A DNA stretch of 32,000 nucleotides from Acaryochloris marina MBIC11017 (lineage in GTDB: Bacteria > Cyanobacteriota > Cyanobacteriia > Thermosynechococcales > Thermosynechococcaceae), in NCBI RefSeq assembly GCF_000018105.1, contig NC_009925.1:1050001-1082000 (forward strand), written 5' to 3'. The notes beneath the pieces are model-generated. The model was not told where the DNA came from. It searched no databases and worked only from the letters and a program-made list of their open reading frames with translations. Every line of letters starts with the position of its first letter. The first letter of the stretch is position 1. This document shows positions 27,901 through 32,000 of this stretch, one piece after another. Position numbers and translations under genes: made by a program.

Positions 27901-28103
27901 TAGGTCCGCAGATGCTCTTGACTATCAATCTCGAACATGGCCTGCAGTTCTTTCTGCAGTTCAGCTTCAGGATCGTTGATCGCAGGATTGCTGGGGGACG
28001 AATAGGCGAAGTCGGAGTCAGTCATCTCAGTAGGACGAAAAAGATACGTTTTCTGCGGCAGTGGCTCGGTAAATCCAATGCTCCTGTTAAGACTCAGCGG
28101 CAA
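24924..28103 (-). CDS. Hybrid CheA-like histidine kinase (Hpt, acidic linker, dimerisation/HATPase, CheW-like, receiver) of the PilL/TaxAY type
   Basis: 1059-aa ORF. Hpt: IYRAIHTIKGSAVTVGA. N-box: ALLHLLRNAYDHGIE. G1: LLQDDGKGID. G2: SGRGVGMDVV. A CheW-like segment is followed by the REC ILVVDDAALMRRRL...MMITDVEMPNMDGFTLI...ANDYLNKGF. The first start is TTG 28103, overlapping the MCP by 17 nt; the ATG at 28025 (MTDSDFAY) is the alternative. Confidence 0.85.
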   Translation of the reverse strand: MPLSLNRSIGFTEPLPQKTYLFRPTEMTDSDFAYSSPSNPAINDPEAELQKELQAMFEIDSQEHLRTYFQLSQNLNPSSWVADIQNIYRAIHTIKGSAVTVGADAVLHAAMVLEDLLSDLRYLEEAPPLEDGALHRMLLEAGELLGSCLQLSGPEAQSAVTPTVNRIKTLHEQIQLNYLPNWDELTQVHQEFAEQGFDLVILELEMAVNQLDTPQVPSSTLAKAQQMLGQLQQIGEDLQLAEDWSKLLGGASQLQQFPLADVWQPQWPIYFDLLKHCAKQSGQLTPEQQEQFDSLVTALPEEPVVLPSPVQEPEAVSPLADDSFDDFDVDIDLDADIDLDADIDLSFDEIDFDLAAMAPAKPALSSAIAADQPESANLDNEADLDDMADLSDEFLAEADSMDFDDLIDQDLGIGDLPDLLTDIAESAGSSPQPGLFPHSQPSSKPSATPVPGSSKREIKIPVPLSRLNQSSQQVVETLLTARSAFNESSTLQSQLTQLTALTQESAEYISRLRQLQDDYALLRDISDVQDSDSGVSMERYRQGYTTINRLLENILRMAELGAELEGTTQHTVNNLGQLSRNITQLKDGIETSRLVPFSNITLRARAILRDLTNRYDKPAQLEIEGEQVELDAGVIQQLEPALLHLLRNAYDHGIETMDERLERGKPVQATIQLALERRGNLYRLLLQDDGKGIDAQKVSQIAQERGFPLTQTNTPADLIAVLCQPGFSSRSSVSEVSGRGVGMDVVANQITNIGGRLLLDTRLGQGTIFIIEIPAPQLLVPCVLLKVGERKVAVPTDDIRETVLASTNQLQPPADSDLTWQLSFQDSSGSGYGLAAFWHEFTQVSDTAICVRISLPDGNDVWLIADDLLGQEELLIQPLPHPLVSPPALMGVSLQADGQLLSVLDPLELAQSLAKQQPQTHKAPEEPKAPISEGVQTILVVDDAALMRRRLESSLNTYGFATFTCSDGQEAWQWLQANGAPDMMITDVEMPNMDGFTLIDRCRQSNMEMPILVVSSRLSEEWGKEAERLGANDYLNKGFSTPELINCVKTHLNKQPAEC
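27072..27125. repeat. Three imperfect tandem 18-nt units encoding (D-A/V-D-I-D-L) inside the CheA-like linker
   Basis: Units at 27072-27089, 27090-27107 and 27108-27125 (ATCGATGTCTGCATCGAG / GTCGATATCCGCATCCAG / GTCGATGTCTACATCGAA). The wider acidic tract 27043-27143 translates to DDSFDDFDVDIDLDADIDLDADIDLSFDEIDFDL. Confidence 0.8.
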
Positions 28104-30054
28104 CCGCTAGGGGAATATTGGCTGATTTCAGTTCAGGATCAGCCATAAGCGGAGACAGGTTGTCTTCGCTCATCGTCCGCAATTGGAAGAATTCCACCAT
28201 ATTGGCAAGGTTATGGGCCAACTCACCCATGGCAGCCGCCTGCTCCTGGGTAATGTTGGCTTGGGAAGCAGTATCTTCCGCTTCGCGAGCAATGGTTTGA
28301 GTAGCGATCAGGGTACTTTGCACCGCCTCAAAGATGTCATCGTTGGCTTGACGGACCTGCTGACCAGCCAATGCCACTTGGTCTGTAGCGGCCTGCATAT
28401 TGGTAAAGGCTTGTCGTGATTTACCCACCTCATCCGTGAACTTGTTCACCAACTGGTTGATGTCGCTGACATCTTGGGTCAGACCCGATGTTACGGTCTG
28501 AATCTGATCTGTTCGTTGCTGCAGCTGAGCTAAGGTCTGGTTCGTTTCAGCAGCTAAATCATTAACTTGGCGAGAGAGGGTCTCAAATTCTTTAGCAATA
28601 CTGGCAAATTGGGTCGGATCTTTTTCTTTTAAGGCCCGAGTGGACAACATGGAAGCGTTGAGGGCCAAGACGCGAGTCAGAGAAGCCACGCGCTTTTGGT
28701 CTTTCGAGAATTGAGCGGCCAAATCCACAAATTCATTCAGAAGCTGGGTTCGTTTGACGATTTGCTCGGTGCCTTCTTCCAAGGTGGAGATACCCTGGAC
28801 CATGGCGTTCATTTCTTGCTGACCAGTTTCAACAGCCGATTTAGCTAGCTCCAAAGCATTTTTGGTAGTGGTGGCCTGCTCCCGAGAGTTGGTGGTCAGG
28901 GTGTTGACGTTTTCCATCAGCGATCGCACATCTGTAACCGATTGGGTTTGGCTGGCGGCCCGCTCATTGGTCTCAACCGCCAAGGTCTCTAGCTGCTCGG
29001 TGTTATTCGCAATTTCGCTGGCGGTGGTCGAGACCACAGACATAATTCGGTGCAAGGATTCAATCAGGCGATTGAGGGTATCTGAGATCAAACCCGTTGC
29101 TCGGTCATTGACCTGAGCTTCAATGGTCAAATCCCCATATTCAATGGCAGAGACCACATCCAAGATATGGCCCACATCTTCTTGGAATAGCTCGCTCTCT
29201 GCAATAATTTTCTGTTCTTGAGCAGACTGCTGTTTGAGCTGGACTTCTAGTTGTTGATTGAGGGACTGTAAATCGGATTGAGAGGATTCCAAGGCAACTT
29301 GGGACTGTTTCCGGTCTCGGATATACCCCTGAACCGCTAGAAAGACGATGTACCAAGTTAGGGCTGACACGGCCAAACTCACGAGGGCAAAGGTAAATGA
29401 CCAATTCAACCGCTGCTGATAACTGCTCAACTGGGTTTGAACATTGTCCTTTACCGTTTGTAGAGTCCCCTGAATCCCATCATTGTAGATTTTCTTCTGA
29501 GCTTCATACTTAGGCCCCAGCAGTAACTTCAATGCTTCAGGTGCTTTCTCTTGCCGCACTAACTCAAAGGCTTGTGTCTCGAAGGCTACAAGTTTTTGGT
29601 TCGCCTCATCAGTTTGCTCAGGATTAGATTGTTCGTCAACGGGCACCTGGTCCAAAAGGCTACCAATGGCAGCATCGAGCTTGGGCACATATTCGTTGTA
29701 TCGATCTTCCCAGCGCGTATTACCTGTACTGGCTCCCATCCGGGCCGACATGGTCAGCACTTCGTCTAGATGCACAATAGAACCACTCAATTCCTGTAGC
29801 TGGAATTCTTTGGCAATCGTTATTTCTAGTCCCTGTTTGATCTGCCAGATATTCCAAGCAGAGGTGCCTGTGAGGGCCAAACTCACTAAAACGGAAGCTG
29901 AGATCGTGCCGACTAAGTGATTCTGCAAACGTTGTTGGACGCGCTGAAGCCAAGAGCCCTGTTCATTTTCCTCTATGGAAACGGCTGAAGATTCAACCTG
30001 CTCGATAGGAGCATCTTCAGATAGGGGAGAGAGGGATGGGCCAGTAGTCATCAT
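28087..30054 (-). CDS. Methyl-accepting chemotaxis protein (two TM segments, periplasmic sensor, HAMP, MCP signalling domain)
   Basis: 655-aa ORF. TM segments: VGTISASVLVSLALTGTSAW and FTFALVSLAVSALTWYIVFLAV. The HAMP-like region is followed by a long heptad-rich signalling domain with the hairpin-tip-like LTRVLALNASMLSTRA. Confidence 0.85.
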   Translation of the reverse strand: MMTTGPSLSPLSEDAPIEQVESSAVSIEENEQGSWLQRVQQRLQNHLVGTISASVLVSLALTGTSAWNIWQIKQGLEITIAKEFQLQELSGSIVHLDEVLTMSARMGASTGNTRWEDRYNEYVPKLDAAIGSLLDQVPVDEQSNPEQTDEANQKLVAFETQAFELVRQEKAPEALKLLLGPKYEAQKKIYNDGIQGTLQTVKDNVQTQLSSYQQRLNWSFTFALVSLAVSALTWYIVFLAVQGYIRDRKQSQVALESSQSDLQSLNQQLEVQLKQQSAQEQKIIAESELFQEDVGHILDVVSAIEYGDLTIEAQVNDRATGLISDTLNRLIESLHRIMSVVSTTASEIANNTEQLETLAVETNERAASQTQSVTDVRSLMENVNTLTTNSREQATTTKNALELAKSAVETGQQEMNAMVQGISTLEEGTEQIVKRTQLLNEFVDLAAQFSKDQKRVASLTRVLALNASMLSTRALKEKDPTQFASIAKEFETLSRQVNDLAAETNQTLAQLQQRTDQIQTVTSGLTQDVSDINQLVNKFTDEVGKSRQAFTNMQAATDQVALAGQQVRQANDDIFEAVQSTLIATQTIAREAEDTASQANITQEQAAAMGELAHNLANMVEFFQLRTMSEDNLSPLMADPELKSANIPLAVAAES

Positions 30055-30103
30055 GTGTACCTAGTGTCAGTGGACCAAATAATTGGGAATGAATGATGTG
30101 AAT

Positions 30104-32000
30104 CTAGACAGCAAGTGCTGACTCAGATGATGCGGATTCCTCAGATTCTTCAGCAGAAGCAGAGTCTTCAGAGTGTTTCGCAAGCGTGGATTCTTCGGAT
30201 TCCGCAGCAGGCGTGAGTTCCTCGGATTCTTCGGCAGGAATTAACTCGTCGGATGGCTCAGCAGACAAGGATCCTTCGGATTGTGAATCAGCATTCAATT
30301 TCTCGAGTTGTTCAGAGGGAGCCGTTTGGAGTAGGGTGAAATCTTCTTCGGGCAAAGTGAAGACTTTGACTTTCCCTAACAAGTCATCAGAAAGCTGATT
30401 CATGGTGTCTGCTAACTGTTGCGCATCGTCCGACTGACCTGCAATTTGGGCCGAGAGTTGGGCAATGGCCTCCATCGTCATGGCCGTTTGCTCTGAGGTT
30501 TGAACAATGTCTTCACTGGTCTTGGCTACGGTCTCACCAGATGCCACCGCTTGTCCGGTCACATCTTGTACCTTTTGGAACACGGATTGGGTATGTCGAA
30601 CCCCTTGGGTAAAGTCATCCACCACGCCGCCTAGTCGTTGCACATCGGCGTCTACATCGGTCACAACCCGGTGAATCTGAGCGCTCCGTTGTTCTAGAGA
30701 ACCGAGACCGTCGTTGGTTTGTTGAGCCAATTGACTCACCTGGTTAGCAATCGATTCAAATTCTTGCGCCACCTGGGCAAACTTTTTCGGATCGGATTGT
30801 TCGGAGGCTCTTGCTGCTACCAACGCTGCATTCAACGCCAACATCTGTGTTTGTTCAGCAATGTCCCCCTGGTCCTGCACAAACTGATCTGTCAAACCCA
30901 CGAATTCTCCTAGAGTTTTCATCTGCTGCACGATGCGATCGCTACCCTGTTGCAGCACTTCGATTTCTTCTCTCAACGAACCGATCTCAACTTGACCCTG
31001 GGCCACAGCCGTATTGAGGGTCACCAAGGATTGGTTGGTCGTTGCAAGTTGCTGGGCTGCGTTGGTTGCAAAAGAGCGGACGTTATTGATCAAGCCCAAA
31101 ACCTGCATAACTTCTTGTGATTGCTGATCGGTGTTTCGAGCTACAACCTCTGTAATATCTTTTTGGCGGGTACTGCTCGCCGAAACTTGACGCGACGTTG
31201 CTGATACTTGTTTGAGAATATTGCCCAATTCTTCAATTAAGCGATTGAGCGTATCTGCAATTAAACCCGTGGCTCGATCATTCACCGTTGCTTGGGTTGT
31301 AAAATCTCCTTCCTCAATATTGGCAACCACATCCAGCAGCTCAAGAATATCTCCCTGCAGCTGGTCATTATCTTGGCGAGCCTCTTCTTCTTGTTGTTTC
31401 CGAGACTCAATTTCTTCCTGAAGTTGACTATTCAAAACCAATTGTTCTAGCTGGGATTGATTCACCTTATCCTGGAATTCTTGTCTGTCGCGGACATAGT
31501 CGCGGACGGCAGTTAAGACCAAAATCCAACTGGCTAATAGGATGGGTAAAGCCACTAAACCCGCAAAGCCAATAGATGCTTGGAGCTGGCTTTGATACGC
31601 CTCAAGCTGCTCGTCGATAAAGTACTCAATGAGCTGAGTAACCTGTCGATTGCCTTCCGAATATTGAGCCTTAAGCAGCCCGTATTCATCCCCCTCCAAG
31701 ATCGTTTGAGCTTCTTCAGCCTTGTTTGCTTTAACCAAGCCAAACGCCTGTTCTTCCAGCTCGATTAGTCTTTTATTGGCTTTATCCGTCTTACTCGCTT
31801 CAATCCTGATTTCCTCGGGAACATTGCCAAGGGTTTGGGCAATCGCTTTGTCCAATAAAGGAACATATCGCTCATACCGTTGTAGCCATTTCAAATCGCC
31901 GGTGCTAGCAGCCATTCGTGCAGACATGGTTAGCACTTCATCGTAAAGGGCAATTTCCCCAGTATTTTTTTGCAGCTTAAGTTCGCGCTCAACTATCTGT
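30104..32000 (-). CDS. Methyl-accepting chemotaxis protein, paralogue of 28087..30054; the 5' end lies outside the window
   Basis: The ORF track starts at GTG 31936, but the frame stays open to the window edge. My hand translation of 31937-31999 gives QIVERELKLQKNTGEIALYDE, colinear with ITIAKEFQLQELSGSIVHLDE of the neighbouring MCP. It has the signalling tip QTQMLALNAALVAARA and a Glu/Ser-rich C-terminal tail. Confidence 0.85.
   Translation of the reverse strand, partial: QIVERELKLQKNTGEIALYDEVLTMSARMAASTGDLKWLQRYERYVPLLDKAIAQTLGNVPEEIRIEASKTDKANKRLIELEEQAFGLVKANKAEEAQTILEGDEYGLLKAQYSEGNRQVTQLIEYFIDEQLEAYQSQLQASIGFAGLVALPILLASWILVLTAVRDYVRDRQEFQDKVNQSQLEQLVLNSQLQEEIESRKQQEEEARQDNDQLQGDILELLDVVANIEEGDFTTQATVNDRATGLIADTLNRLIEELGNILKQVSATSRQVSASSTRQKDITEVVARNTDQQSQEVMQVLGLINNVRSFATNAAQQLATTNQSLVTLNTAVAQGQVEIGSLREEIEVLQQGSDRIVQQMKTLGEFVGLTDQFVQDQGDIAEQTQMLALNAALVAARASEQSDPKKFAQVAQEFESIANQVSQLAQQTNDGLGSLEQRSAQIHRVVTDVDADVQRLGGVVDDFTQGVRHTQSVFQKVQDVTGQAVASGETVAKTSEDIVQTSEQTAMTMEAIAQLSAQIAGQSDDAQQLADTMNQLSDDLLGKVKVFTLPEEDFTLLQTAPSEQLEKLNADSQSEGSLSAEPSDELIPAEESEELTPAAESEESTLAKHSEDSASAEESEESASSESALAV

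Overview
This looks like a cyanobacterial chromosomal segment. It carries a psbD-psbC operon, and I located six copies of the HIP1 octamer GCGATCGC by eye (10041, 18190, 19220, 20591, 28920, 30935). Gene order: psbD-psbC (+, overlapping) with a strong hairpin terminator; a small stand-alone ChlB-C-terminal-like (PCP_red) protein; secA (+); a 930-aa four-GAF protein with a degenerate histidine-kinase ATPase domain (-); a MarC-family membrane protein (-). Next come two paralogous ATP-grasp-like genes transcribed divergently across a 760-bp, very AT-rich spacer, followed by an isoaspartyl peptidase/plant-type asparaginase (+). Then a 993-aa two-partner-secretion (TPS/haemagglutinin-type) beta-helix exoprotein (-) with a 460-bp, extremely AT-rich upstream region; a class I SAM methyltransferase (-); and argJ (+). 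A YcgL/RlaP-type (PF10127-like) nucleotidyltransferase sits in an apparent operon with a 120-aa unknown protein (+), followed by a PatA-type response regulator (-). A low-GC islet encodes a Coq4-like (HDxxH-x11-E) protein and a small 3-TM protein (-), followed by a second PF10127-like nucleotidyltransferase (+). The window ends with a chemotaxis/twitching-type cluster on the minus strand: a hybrid CheA-like kinase and two tandem paralogous MCPs, the last running off the window edge. I saw no tRNA/rRNA, transposase, integrase, cas genes or recognisable defence genes. The candidates for something undescribed are (i) the divergent ATP-grasp pair plus Ntn-hydrolase with its unusual spacer, (ii) the nucleotidyltransferase/120-aa module and the Coq4-like low-GC islet that interrupt the chemotaxis-type cluster, and (iii) an unusually diverged D2/CP43 pair. 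All functional calls come from motif recognition by eye and memory of protein families; no searches were run.
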